From positions 320,001-384,000 of the forward strand of contig CBDBEV010000001.1 in NCBI GenBank assembly GCA_965204535.1: a stretch of 64,000 bases of DNA, in the 5' to 3' direction. The notes beneath the pieces were generated by a model. That model searched no databases, was not told where the DNA came from, and saw nothing but the letters and a program-made list of their open reading frames with translations. Source of the stretch: a bacterium. Lineage in GTDB: Bacteria; UBA8248. Every line of letters begins with the position of its first letter. The first letter of the stretch is position 1. Made by a program: the position numbers and the translations under genes. Positions 49,758-59,350 of the stretch are shown here, piece after piece.

Positions 49758-50630
49758 TTACCGGTTGAGGACTTGCTTCCAGTTTCTGCGCAACGGTCGT
49801 AGCCAGATGTCCTTTTTCGGTTGGTCTCGTTTCGTGTATCTGTCGTAGCGTCCACGCCCCTGGGTCATACCGACGTGAATCCACCCCGATGCCCTGTAGA
49901 CGGCGCCGGTGTAGCGCGGCGTCTCGACGAAGGTCTCGACGAGGACGGGTGTCGTGCCATAGCGCTCGGTCCAGTCCTCGGGCAGGCGCCTGCGGATGAT
50001 GGCGAGGAGGTGTGAGCCGAGGTTGAGGATCCTGATCCATGGCAGGATGAGGAACCTCGGGTTGTCGACCACGAGGGGGAGGTTCTTCTCGCGCAGCTGC
50101 GGCGTCCAGCCGATGAAGCTGTCGCGCGGGGCGAGCTTCCACGCGGCGGTGGAGAAGCCGAGCATGGCGAGGGGCCTGCCGCCCCGGTCGTGGACGGCGT
50201 AGCGCATCTGCGCGCCGACGAGGGTCTTGTAGCCGAGGTAGTGGTAGCGGGCGACGAACTCGTTCCAGAGCCTGCCCTCGCGGGTTCCGCGCACGGCGAC
50301 GCGCATATCGAGGGGGCGGACTTCGTCGAGGGTCTCAGGCGCCGGGATGAGGGGAGGTTCGGTGTCGGGTCCGAAGACGATCGGCCCGGGCCGGTTCTGG
50401 CGCCACTTCGGTGGGGGCAGCGTGATCAGGCCGTCCTTGTGCATGGCCAGCATAGTCACCCGGGCCATCATGTCCTTGAGTCCGCCGTCGGGCTTGTACC
50501 AGCCGATTCGGCGGCAGAACTCCTTCGATAGCGCATGGCGGTTGAGCGCAGGTGGACCTGCGATCAGTTCGCGCAGCAGCGCCATCTCTTCCGTCGTGAA
50601 GTCGCGTCCGTGGTAGCGGCACTCGGTCAC
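49758..50630 (-). CDS. DUF4338 (DruA-like) protein, copy 2
   Basis: Translation identical to 46337-47209. Confidence 0.85.
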   Translation of the reverse strand: MTECRYHGRDFTTEEMALLRELIAGPPALNRHALSKEFCRRIGWYKPDGGLKDMMARVTMLAMHKDGLITLPPPKWRQNRPGPIVFGPDTEPPLIPAPETLDEVRPLDMRVAVRGTREGRLWNEFVARYHYLGYKTLVGAQMRYAVHDRGGRPLAMLGFSTAAWKLAPRDSFIGWTPQLREKNLPLVVDNPRFLILPWIRILNLGSHLLAIIRRRLPEDWTERYGTTPVLVETFVETPRYTGAVYRASGWIHVGMTQGRGRYDRYTKRDQPKKDIWLRPLRRNWKQVLNR

Positions 50631-50634
50631 GGCG

Positions 50635-52989
50635 TCATCCCGGCGCCGTGAGGGCGCGCCTGCGCTCCGTGCTCATCGACCAGGGCAGCCACGCGGAGAG
50701 GTCCCCGGGCGCCCGGCCGCCGTTCTCCGCGCAGGCCGTGAGCCATGCCTCCAGCCAGCGGAGCGGGTCGACCCCGTTCGACGCGAGGGTTCCGAGGACC
50801 GAGTACATCATCGCCGTAAACCTGGCGCCGGCCTCGCTGTCGGAGCCGAACGAGAGCCGCCTGCCGATCACAGGGCCCCGAAGCGCACGTTCGCTGGCGT
50901 TGTTATCCATCGGCACCGAGGGGCGTTCGATGAAGACGCTCAGCCCCTCGCGGTGGTTCAGCAGCGAGCGAAGCGCCTTGCCCTCGCGCGCCTGCGCGGG
51001 CAGAGCGGCCATCTCCCGTCGGGCCTGCGCGAACAGGTCCTTGAGCGCCTTCTTCAATTCGTCGTGCGCCGCGTCGAACGCCGCATCCTGGCGTTCGACG
51101 CCCGGGTCGTAACTGGCCAGGCGCGCCTCGTTCAGGCGGTAAAGCAAGGCAATCCGCTCGATCCATCTCTCGCACCACGGCGTCAGCCGCTCATCGCCGG
51201 CGGCGCAGTGGATATAATCGCGCCGGACGTGACTCCAGCACCATGCGAGAGTCACCAGACCCCCGGGAATGCGCGCCAGCTTCTTGTAGGCGCTGTAGCG
51301 GTCGCAGACGATGACCGTATGGGAGCCGGCCGCGCCGAACAGCTTCATCGCGACCTCAGCACTCCGCGAGGGGTCGACGTGGAAGTAGACGGAGTCTGCG
51401 CTGACCGAGGTCCACAGCCAGGCGCGGCTCGAGCGTCCTTGTTCGCGAAGCGACTGAACGCGCCACGTCGTCTCGTCCCCGTGACGCACCGCCGCTTCGT
51501 TCTGGCGGTCGAGGATCGCCGCAGCCAGCGGCTCGAAGAGCGGCGTGAAGCGGTGCGTGCTGTCGCCCAGTGTGCCTGCAGAGACCGGAAGCCCCTGGTC
51601 GGAGAGCCACGCGGCGACCCGGCGCAGCGGGCGGAAGCAGGCGTAGCGCTCGAACAGGAAGCGCGCCCACACGCTCGTCCCGTAAGGCGTGCCCGCGAAC
51701 AGGCGCGGCGCGGCGGGCGCCGACACTTCCACCGGAGACGACGCGCACGCGCATCTCCTGCGCCATCTCGGACGGCGGATGACGCGCTTGTGGGCCGAGA
51801 CTTCGATCTCGAAGATGGAGGAGACCTCGGCGCCATTGGCCACGTAGGGCTTCCCGCAACCGGCGCAGACGCGCGCACCGGCCGGCGGGTTGCGAACTTC
51901 GGTCCTCTCATCGAGCGCGGGCCGCGGGGTGCGGCCATGACCGGCGGCGCCGGGTTGCCGGCCGCGCCTGCGCTCCGAGCGCGGCCTCTCCTGCCGTTCG
52001 CTCTTGCGCCCGAACAGTCTTCTCGCCAGCACCGCTCCGGTGGCGCGAAGCTTCGCGAGATCGGCCTCCAGCCGCGCCCGGATGGTCTCTGACTTGCGGA
52101 GCGCCCTGCGAAGACGCCCGTTCTCCCTCGACAGCGACCTGAGCGCCGTCTTCTGGCGCCGCGACCTCCCCAGGGCCTTGCGCAGTTCCTCATCTGCACG
52201 AGACGGCGACTTCGAGCGCGCCGCCTCGAGAGCGCGCAGCAACCGCGCCTTCAGCCGTTCGGTCGCAATGCCTACGGCCCCCAGGGAGACTTCAAGACGG
52301 TAGACCTCCGCAGACAGCGACTCGACCACCTCCGCCTGGTCGCGCAATCGCCTCAACTTCCTGTAGAGCCCGATGGCCTCCTCGTCCAGGCTCCGAATGG
52401 TCTCCTTGTCGGTCGCCGACTTCTGCTTCTCCAGGGCCAGACGATCTTCGAGCCGGGCAACTTCCTTCTCCCGCCGGCCGACCTCCTTGCGCAGGGCATG
52501 AATCGTCTCCTTGCGCTCCTCCAGGGCCTTGCGCAGCCGCCCCGCCTCCCCCGGCGACGGCACGCCCGAGAGCTCCTTGCGAAGCCGGACGACCTCCATG
52601 CGCAGCGACATGAGCGGGCTGCGCTTGCGCGGATCGACCCCCGCCTCCGCAAGCAGCTTCTCCAGCCGCGCCACTTCCGCCTTGAGCGACAGCGCGTCCT
52701 TCGCCGCGCGGCGGGCTTCCTTCGCCTCCCCGGCGGCCGCCTCGAGCTTCTTCCGGCTGGCGTCGAGATGCCGCTTCAGCTTGCCCGCACGGGAGCGGGA
52801 ATCCACTTCCGCCCAACGCAACTCCTCGCAGCGCGCCTCCGCCGCCTCCGCGCGCGCACGCTCGCGCTCGTACAGCGAACGCCAGTACGCCTCTGCGGTT
52901 GTGGACAACCCGGGGGAATGAGGCCATGGCTCATCCGGCCTCTCGGCCAACGCCAACTCCGTCTCGACAGCTTCTGCGCGAATCTTCAT
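50635..52989 (-). CDS. IS66 transposase, copy 2
   Basis: Translation identical to 47214-49568. Confidence 0.92.
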   Translation of the reverse strand: MKIRAEAVETELALAERPDEPWPHSPGLSTTAEAYWRSLYERERARAEAAEARCEELRWAEVDSRSRAGKLKRHLDASRKKLEAAAGEAKEARRAAKDALSLKAEVARLEKLLAEAGVDPRKRSPLMSLRMEVVRLRKELSGVPSPGEAGRLRKALEERKETIHALRKEVGRREKEVARLEDRLALEKQKSATDKETIRSLDEEAIGLYRKLRRLRDQAEVVESLSAEVYRLEVSLGAVGIATERLKARLLRALEAARSKSPSRADEELRKALGRSRRQKTALRSLSRENGRLRRALRKSETIRARLEADLAKLRATGAVLARRLFGRKSERQERPRSERRRGRQPGAAGHGRTPRPALDERTEVRNPPAGARVCAGCGKPYVANGAEVSSIFEIEVSAHKRVIRRPRWRRRCACASSPVEVSAPAAPRLFAGTPYGTSVWARFLFERYACFRPLRRVAAWLSDQGLPVSAGTLGDSTHRFTPLFEPLAAAILDRQNEAAVRHGDETTWRVQSLREQGRSSRAWLWTSVSADSVYFHVDPSRSAEVAMKLFGAAGSHTVIVCDRYSAYKKLARIPGGLVTLAWCWSHVRRDYIHCAAGDERLTPWCERWIERIALLYRLNEARLASYDPGVERQDAAFDAAHDELKKALKDLFAQARREMAALPAQAREGKALRSLLNHREGLSVFIERPSVPMDNNASERALRGPVIGRRLSFGSDSEAGARFTAMMYSVLGTLASNGVDPLRWLEAWLTACAENGGRAPGDLSAWLPWSMSTERRRALTAPG

Positions 52990-53439
52990 GCCGACATCAT
53001 TAGCACATGTCGAATCGCGTTACCAGTCGCCCGGGAAAATTCTATCCGATGGAGGCGATGCGCCCGGCGCCGGGTCCATCACGGCCCGCCCGAACGCTTA
53101 CCCGACAGGTACGCTCCGAAATGCGCAGGAGTTTGAATCAATCTGCTTTCGATTTGCTTACTTATTACTGAAACCGAGTCCCTAACAAAACTCCTAGAAA
53201 ACAAATACCTGCAATAATTTCAACAAACTAAAAAGATTCCACCCCTGCTGAAACTCCCCACCGTCTCTAAACACGCGGAAGAGCGGGATGTCGCCCCCTC
53301 CCGCCAGGAGTCCGTGGCACTGACTACGCAACTGCCGGGCGGTCGGGCAGGCCCCGGGTTCGAGCGGCTTCGCCGGAAAGGCGGACTCAAACCGCCCCGC
53401 TGCCGCCTCCCCGCGCGTCGTTCGCATATTCCATGATGA

Positions 53440-53665
53440 TGGACGGCCCCTGCATGGCCCAGGAGCCGTCGCCCTAACTCCAGGCGAACGCGACGCCCGC
53501 GAGGACCCCCCCGACTCGTAATCGGCGCCCATCACGCCCGCCGTCACGTCGCCATCGAGAGAGAGCGCCCTCTGTGTCGCTGAACGAAGAGCGCCACTTC
53601 ATGGTCCCCGAGCGTCGGCCGCGTCGGGGCGGCGCTCCCCTCGATGCGCGCGCCCACGGCTTCGG
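53440..53665 (-). pseudogene. Degenerate autotransporter beta-domain fragment
   Basis: EAVGARIEG...SFS..EG.L.LDGDVTAGVMGADYE...GVAFAWS*GDGS parallels the 18458 gene; frameshifts and a stop. Confidence 0.7.
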
Positions 53666-53680
53666 GCGCCTGCTTCGCCG

Positions 53681-53890
53681 CTACTGCCTGTTCACGCCGA
53701 AGCCGCCGACCATCCGGCCGTCCGTGCTGAACATCGAGTGGAACGTTCCGGTCGCGACCTTCGGAACACCGTCGTCGCCATTTTCGTAAAGCCGGCCGGA
53801 CCACTCGCCGGAGGAGGCGGCGGCCGTGCCGTCGATGGGCCACACCGTATCGTTATCTGCGGTGCGGCTAATGCCACCCGTAGCGGCGAA
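53681..53890 (-). pseudogene. 3' fragment of a TbpB-like lipoprotein paralog
   Basis: NDTVWPIDGTAAASSGEWSGRLYENGDDGVPKVATGTFHSMFSTDGRMVGGFGVNRQ* aligns to the C-terminus of the 54847 gene. Confidence 0.75.
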
Positions 53891-54846
53891 TTCAGATCCA
53901 GTTTCATGAAGTGTGTCACGGTGATGTTTGACTTCAGGTCGGCGGACCAGATGATCCGCGCCGCCGCCGGGGCGGCGGCTTCGGTGAGGGATACGAGCGG
54001 GCGCCCACCATGCGGCGGGATGCCGCCTGCAGGTTGCAAGTCCCGGCGGGCTCTCTCCACGCGGTTTCTCACTTCCCGGCCCTGCCCTTCCCTGTATTTC
54101 GATTTCCCGAGAAAGAGCCGGACGGCGCGCTCGGCCCGGCTTTCCTCACGACGGGACATCTGTTCCGGTTTATCGTCCCATTCTACCAAAAGTTGCATGT
54201 CTTGTTCGCATTCGGACTCTTTGATTTCATGTCTGTATCGCGCATGCATTTTCCCCCGTGTTTTCCGGCCCCGGGAAGGGGAGAGATGAACGGAAGCGAC
54301 GAGGCGGGGCGCATCCCGCGGCTGCGCGCGGCGCCCTACGAAGCGGGTTCGCTGTCGGTCCACCCCCGCTGCGCCGGTGACGGTGCGAGGGCGCAGGAAA
54401 GATTGCTCCGCTTCGTTCCCCGATCCCGTCGCGAAGGGAAGCGAGACCCCCGTGGAGCATCACCTGCAGCCAAGGGCGGAACAGGTCCGGCAAAATCAAG
54501 GAAGGAGAATTTGACCTGGGCCAACCCGATTGGAGAAGGGCCGACACCCCTCAAAGGACTGACTCAAGGGGTTGTTGAAAAAACCCCTGAAGGCGGGAAC
54601 TGCTGCGACACAATCCCTGAGGTGCACAGGCCAAATCGGGGTGTCGGCCTGCTTGCATGGAGCGAAAACAGGGGCTGCCCGTTGTTCCCCCTCCCGGCTC
54701 GAGGACTCAAACTCACAACCGGGAGCGGTACAGTTTGCTCCATCACGAGGGAAGCAACCAACGGGCAACCCCCTTTTCGCTCTACTTGATTCGCCCGGGC
54801 CCCGGGGCGGTGAAGCCCCGAGGCAAAGGCGTCCTGCTCTTCGCTG

Positions 54847-56594
54847 CTACTGCTTGTTCACGCCGAAGGCGCCGACCATTTTGCCGGCCGTGCTGAACTC
54901 GGAATAGAACGTGCCGGTCCCGACCTTCGGAATGCCGCCGTCGTCATTGTCGTAGAGCGTTCCGGCCCACTCGCCGGAGGCGGTGGCGGCCGTCCCGCCC
55001 ATGGTCCAGACCGTATCGTTGCCGTCCTGGCCTGTGCCTGTCCGAGTAATACCCCCGGTGGCAGCAACGACAGCCTCCTTCAACTCGACCGACCAGTCAC
55101 GCGACATGCCGTCCGCGCCCATGAAGTTGTCGATGGTGCCCGTGATCGAATTGTCGGTGAAATCGGCTTTAAGCGTCGCCTTCGCGGTGAAGTGGCCTGC
55201 GTCGTTCGTTCCCCCGGTCGCGCTGTAGAGCGCGTACTTGCCGGCGGCGCCGCCCATGTAGGTCGCCGTTCCATTCAAGGTATCGAGGGCAGCGGCAGCC
55301 GGGACGGCGCCCTTCACATCCGCGAACGCGCTCGCGGTGAACTTGCTGCCGTCCTCGGACTTGTGGATCCACCAGCCGTAGGAAGCGTAGATGGCGTCCG
55401 GCGTGCTCACGACCCTGGCGTTCGGGTCGGCGGGCTTGAAGTGCCAAGCGCTCGCCGTAAACGTGTTGTCGGTCGCCGAAGCCACGGTGCCAAGCTGGAA
55501 GGAGTTCTTACCCGCTACGCGGGAGGCGCATATGGTCGTGCCGGTGGGCGTGCAATACCAGGTGCCCGACACGCCGTGGAAACTGCCGGCGATCATCACA
55601 CGCCGAAGACTTTCCGTCTTCTCGAAGGTCTTGACCCCGGCACCCTGGTCGAAGCTCGGACTGGCGATCCGCTTCTGGGTGGTCTCGTCGGTCGTCGAGT
55701 TGACCTCCAGTTCTCCTTCGTCATTCAACGAGTACTGGAATTTCGCGATTTCTGCCGGACTGCGAGTGCCGAACGGCTTGCCCTGCGTCGGCTCGTCCAC
55801 GTTCGAGTAGACGACCGCTTCGTACATGCCGTCGTCGTCGGGCTCGGCCGTATACTTCTTGCCCTCCCAGCCGTGGTTGTCGGGGACCGTCGCATCCTTC
55901 TTTTCCGAAAGAGCGACGGGCTCGGCGGTGCCGATGCCCACCATGATGCGCGTGTCGACGGCAACGCCGGTGTCGGGAACGTCGACGTTGTTGTACGCGG
56001 CGCCCCGCTGGTCCGCGGTCAAGGCGGTGTTAGCGGCCGTCGTTGTGGTGGCATCGCCACTCGGCGCAGCGATTCCCATGTGCAGCTTCAGGGCATCCGC
56101 CATCATGGCCGCATCCGCGGCCTTCTGCGCAGCGTCCATCGCCGCCGTGCGGGCCGTCTTGGCGGCGGCAAGCTGGGTTTCCAGCGCGGTGACGGTTCCG
56201 GTGTTCGCGGTTTTCTCCGCCGCCGGTACATTTTCGGCCGCCGCTATCGCCGCCTTCGCGGCCATGATCGCCGCATCGGCGGCGCTCACCTCGGCAGCGG
56301 TCGAGGCGTTGTCGACGGCTAAGACCTTCGTCTGGGCGTCCGCCAGTTTCATCTTGATGTCTTCACGCTCCATAGCCAATTTCTCTGCCGCCAAATCTGC
56401 GGCTGAAGTGCATGTCTCATCGGCATTCCATCGGCCCCCCGCGTCCTCGCACGCCATCCGCGAGTCATCAGGCATCTCGGCCGGCGCTTGCGTAGAGCCC
56501 CGCCGCCACCGCCGCAGCCCGCCAGCGTCAGCGCGAACACGGCCGCCAGCGCGAAAGCGTAGAACTTGTGAACATACTTGTCTTTGAACATCAT
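54847..56594 (-). pseudogene. TbpB-like surface lipoprotein with a frameshift just after the lipobox (or a sequencing error)
   Basis: Signal MMFKDK...LTLAGCGGGG lies in a different frame from the body (Ala-rich helix, ATYMGGAAGKY, GKMVGAFGVNKQ). The shift is at a G4 run, 56498-56501. Confidence 0.78.
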
Positions 56595-56850
56595 TTAGTG
56601 AGTCCTCCTGAATACACAATAGAAAAAGGGATCTTCCGTGAATTTCCGGCTTTCTCCGATTAACCTCCTTTCGTCAGCTTTTTTTCGGGCCTTCACAAAC
56701 TGGTGATTCGTATTCTGGGCCGCCTGAAATACGGCAGGCTCAAACCCTTTCATGCTCCGGGCCGGTGGTTCCGCGAGAGACATGTTCCTGCGGCATGCGC
56801 CCGCCTTTCACTGCCTCCAGAGGCGAGCCGCCTGCCACCCGGCCTGCCCG

Positions 56851-57038
56851 CCGATAATCGCTATTATCGGATGTGAGAAGCCCCGCTTTCCGCCGGGAGA
56901 GGCGTTTCGGGGCGCATCCGGGCCGTAAATGAGCGCGAAAAGACGCAAAACGGCGCCCGAAACCCCTCCGGGGACCCCGGAATTGCGCTTGACATGGCCT
57001 TGAGAGGTGTTATATTTTCTGATAATAGCGATTATCGG
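56851..57038. promoter_or_regulatory. Two palindromic recombinase-type sites flanking a sigma70-like promoter
   Basis: CCGATAAT-CGCT-ATTATCGG (56851) and CTGATAAT-AGCG-ATTATCGG (57019); TTGACA at 56989 and TGn-TATATT at 57011. Confidence 0.65.
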
Positions 57039-57154
57039 ACTCCAGAAACCCGCCGTTTCGCCGGTATTCCCCTGCGAAACGGCTTTTTTTATTGGAAATT
57101 CCCCGCCGTCGTCTATACTCGGCAATCGACGAGGCCCGGGAGCGGCCTCAGGGA

Positions 57155-58135
57155 ATGGAAACGGCCGCTGACCCGGAAGGTTGGCTTCTCGGCATGACGA
57201 CGGGGGCAACACCGCCCGACCCGGAACAGGACATCGCTTTGACGAGGAGGCCGGCCCGACCGGCCCGTGCGGCCGCCGACCTGGCGAAGGCGTCGATGTC
57301 TGAGAACACGCGGCGAGTGTACGAGACGGCCCTGCGGAGGTTCGAGCGCTCGGGAAACCCCGAGACCGACGCCGGGATAGCGGCGTACCTGGGGGATCTC
57401 TACGAGGGGGGGCACTCGGCGGCCGTGGCCGCGATGGCGGTCGCGGCGCTTCGCTTCCGGGCGAAGCTGAACGGCCGGCCCTCCCCGGCGGGACCTGCGA
57501 CGGAGCGGGTGCTGGCCGGCTTCCGGCGCCTGGCCGCAGAGCGCGGCCGCGGCCAGGTGGCGGGGGTGCGCTGGGAGCAGGCGGACCGGGCGGCGGCGCT
57601 GGCCGAGGGGACGGGGACCCTGGGCGGTCTGCGCGACGCCGCGATCGTGGCGGTGGCGAGCGACGCCCTGCTCCGGGTGTCGGAGGTCGAGGCGCTCGAC
57701 ATCGAGGACGTGGACCTGGGCGAGCAGACGGTGCTGATCCGCCGCTCGAAGACCGACCAGGAGGGCGAGGGCGTCGTGCAGTTTCTGGGCGAGCCGACGG
57801 TGGCGCGCGTCGGGGCCTGGCTTCTGGAGGCGGGCCTGACGAAGGGGCCGCTCTTCCGGCCGCTGTTCAAGTCGGGCCGGCTACGGGAAGGCCGCCTGAC
57901 GGAGAGGAGCATCCGGCGCATCATCATCCGGCGCGCCCGGGACGCGGGCGTGGAGGGGCGCATCAGCGGGCACAGCCTGCGCGTGGGCAGCGCCCAGAGC
58001 CTGGCCACGGCGGGGGCGTCGCTGGTCGAGATGCAAATCGCCGGGCGCTGGCAGTCGCCGGCCATGCCGGGGCGCTACGCGCAGGGCCAACTCGCGAAAC
58101 AGGGCGCGATGGCGAGGCTTCGCTACGGGCGGTGA
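57155..58135 (+). CDS. Cre-like tyrosine recombinase (start 57155 or 57194)
   Basis: LRDAA, LLRVSE, RRSKTDQEGEG, SGHSLRVGSA, AGRW, RY. Confidence 0.9.
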   Translation: METAADPEGWLLGMTTGATPPDPEQDIALTRRPARPARAAADLAKASMSENTRRVYETALRRFERSGNPETDAGIAAYLGDLYEGGHSAAVAAMAVAALRFRAKLNGRPSPAGPATERVLAGFRRLAAERGRGQVAGVRWEQADRAAALAEGTGTLGGLRDAAIVAVASDALLRVSEVEALDIEDVDLGEQTVLIRRSKTDQEGEGVVQFLGEPTVARVGAWLLEAGLTKGPLFRPLFKSGRLREGRLTERSIRRIIIRRARDAGVEGRISGHSLRVGSAQSLATAGASLVEMQIAGRWQSPAMPGRYAQGQLAKQGAMARLRYGR

Positions 58136-58220
58136 GGTCCGCCCGGCGTTTCGTCGAACACGGGACAGGCACGAAGAGAATTCGCGGCGGGAGCGCCCCG
58201 CCCGCGTCCGGAATTCAGGA

Positions 58221-58318
58221 GGGCGATGGTCTCACGCTCTGCCGCCGCGGCCTCCTCCGTCGTGAGCATGTCCTTCGCTCCGGGCAGGTCCGCCGCGTGC
58301 AGGACGCCCGTCTTCTCC
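58221..58318 (-). pseudogene. Short relaxase fragment
   Basis: Close nucleotide match to 32064-32160 (EKTGVLHAADLPG..DMLTTE.AAAAERETIA). Confidence 0.7.
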
Positions 58319-58329
58319 CGAATATCTCC

Positions 58330-59028
58330 CTACCGCCTCTTCCGCCGGGCGGCTCTCTCCTCGGACGTGGAAGTCCACCTCCGGGCGGAGGCCCACTTCT
58401 CGAGGTCTTCGAGCAGGTAGCGCACCCGGTATCCGATGCGAAGAAAATCCGGCCCCTCTCCGCTCACGCGGTAGCGCTCCAGCGTCTTGGGCGAGAGGCC
58501 GAGCCAGGCGGCCGCCTCCCGCGTGTTCAGGTGGTTCTCCTCCGTGCGCTCATCGGCGTCTCCCGCGGCGTCCCACGTCCCGTCGAACGGGTCGGGCAAG
58601 TCCGCGAGCCTCCTGCGTATGGCGCGGATCTCCTCTCCCGTCGCGTTGGCCGCCATCCAGGCGCGCACCCGGTCGAAGGTCTTGAGATACGGCGAGGCGC
58701 CCCGGCGCAGCCTCCCCACGAAAGAGGGATTCCCCACGGTCTCCTCGCCCAGGATCGAGACCTTGGTCCCGCTCACCGCGAGAAACGCCTCGACCTCGGC
58801 CCGCAGGAGCGGTCCCAGCGGCGGGTACCCCATGAACGCGAGCACCCGGTCCGCCGTGTCGACCCGCAGGGGCCGCCCCCGGGCGTGCAGACCCACGAAG
58901 CCGGGAATCCCCAGCGCGCCCACCCCGAAGCGCCTCGCGCTCATCCCGCGGCGCGCGCGCCAGAGCGCAATGCTCCGGCGCAGCCGCTCGTCCAGCGGGG
59001 CGCCGGTATCGTCGTCGAACGCGGTCAT
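58330..59028 (-). CDS. Protein with two Cro-like repeats plus a C-terminal excisionase-type HTH_17
   Basis: FG..ALG.PGFV...RG...R..TADRV.AFM twice; LNTREAAAWLGLSPKTLERYRVSGEGP.F. Confidence 0.75.
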   Translation of the reverse strand: MTAFDDDTGAPLDERLRRSIALWRARRGMSARRFGVGALGIPGFVGLHARGRPLRVDTADRVLAFMGYPPLGPLLRAEVEAFLAVSGTKVSILGEETVGNPSFVGRLRRGASPYLKTFDRVRAWMAANATGEEIRAIRRRLADLPDPFDGTWDAAGDADERTEENHLNTREAAAWLGLSPKTLERYRVSGEGPDFLRIGYRVRYLLEDLEKWASARRWTSTSEERAARRKRR

Positions 59029-59269
59029 GGCGCGCGAACATAAGGAAAGAACGAGCGCCCGTTCAATCGTTGTTTCTAGCGCGAAAGGTACACCCGTGAA
59101 GAATCCGCGCCCGCGTCCGTGCGCGGATCGCTCATCGGTTCAGCCTGAAATCAAGGGGGTTTCCCGGAAAACGAGGGTCGCCGGAGAACGTGCAGCGAGG
59201 CGCTGCGGAAAAAAAGGAACAATGTCGCCCCCCGGCCGAGAGTTCGAAAACCTCTTTCGTTCACACCGC

Positions 59270-59350
59270 GGCGCCCGGCGAGTTGCATCCCGACCGGAGA
59301 AGCCCCTGTCGCGGCAAGACGCTGCGCGCTGCCCGTGCGCAGGTCGAAAC
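59270..59350 (-). pseudogene. Inverted fragment of a Cre-like recombinase
   Basis: LRTGSAQRLAATGASPVGMQLAGR matches LRVGSAQSLATAGASLVEMQIAGR. Confidence 0.6.

Larger units (their letters stand above)
49689..53101 (-). mobile_element. IS66-family element, copy 2 (tandem, apparently identical)
   Basis: Same IRs; 8-bp spacer ACCGACAG between copies; both ORFs translate identically. Confidence 0.9.

Noticed and set aside
46337-50630. Druantia defence system
   Set aside because: Only the DruA-like gene is present, inside IS ends; there is no DruE helicase or other dru gene.
53681-55060. DGR-like template/variable repeat pair at the TbpB C-terminus
   Set aside because: Mismatches involve all bases rather than adenines only, and no reverse transcriptase is in the window. 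It is better explained as a diverged paralog fragment.
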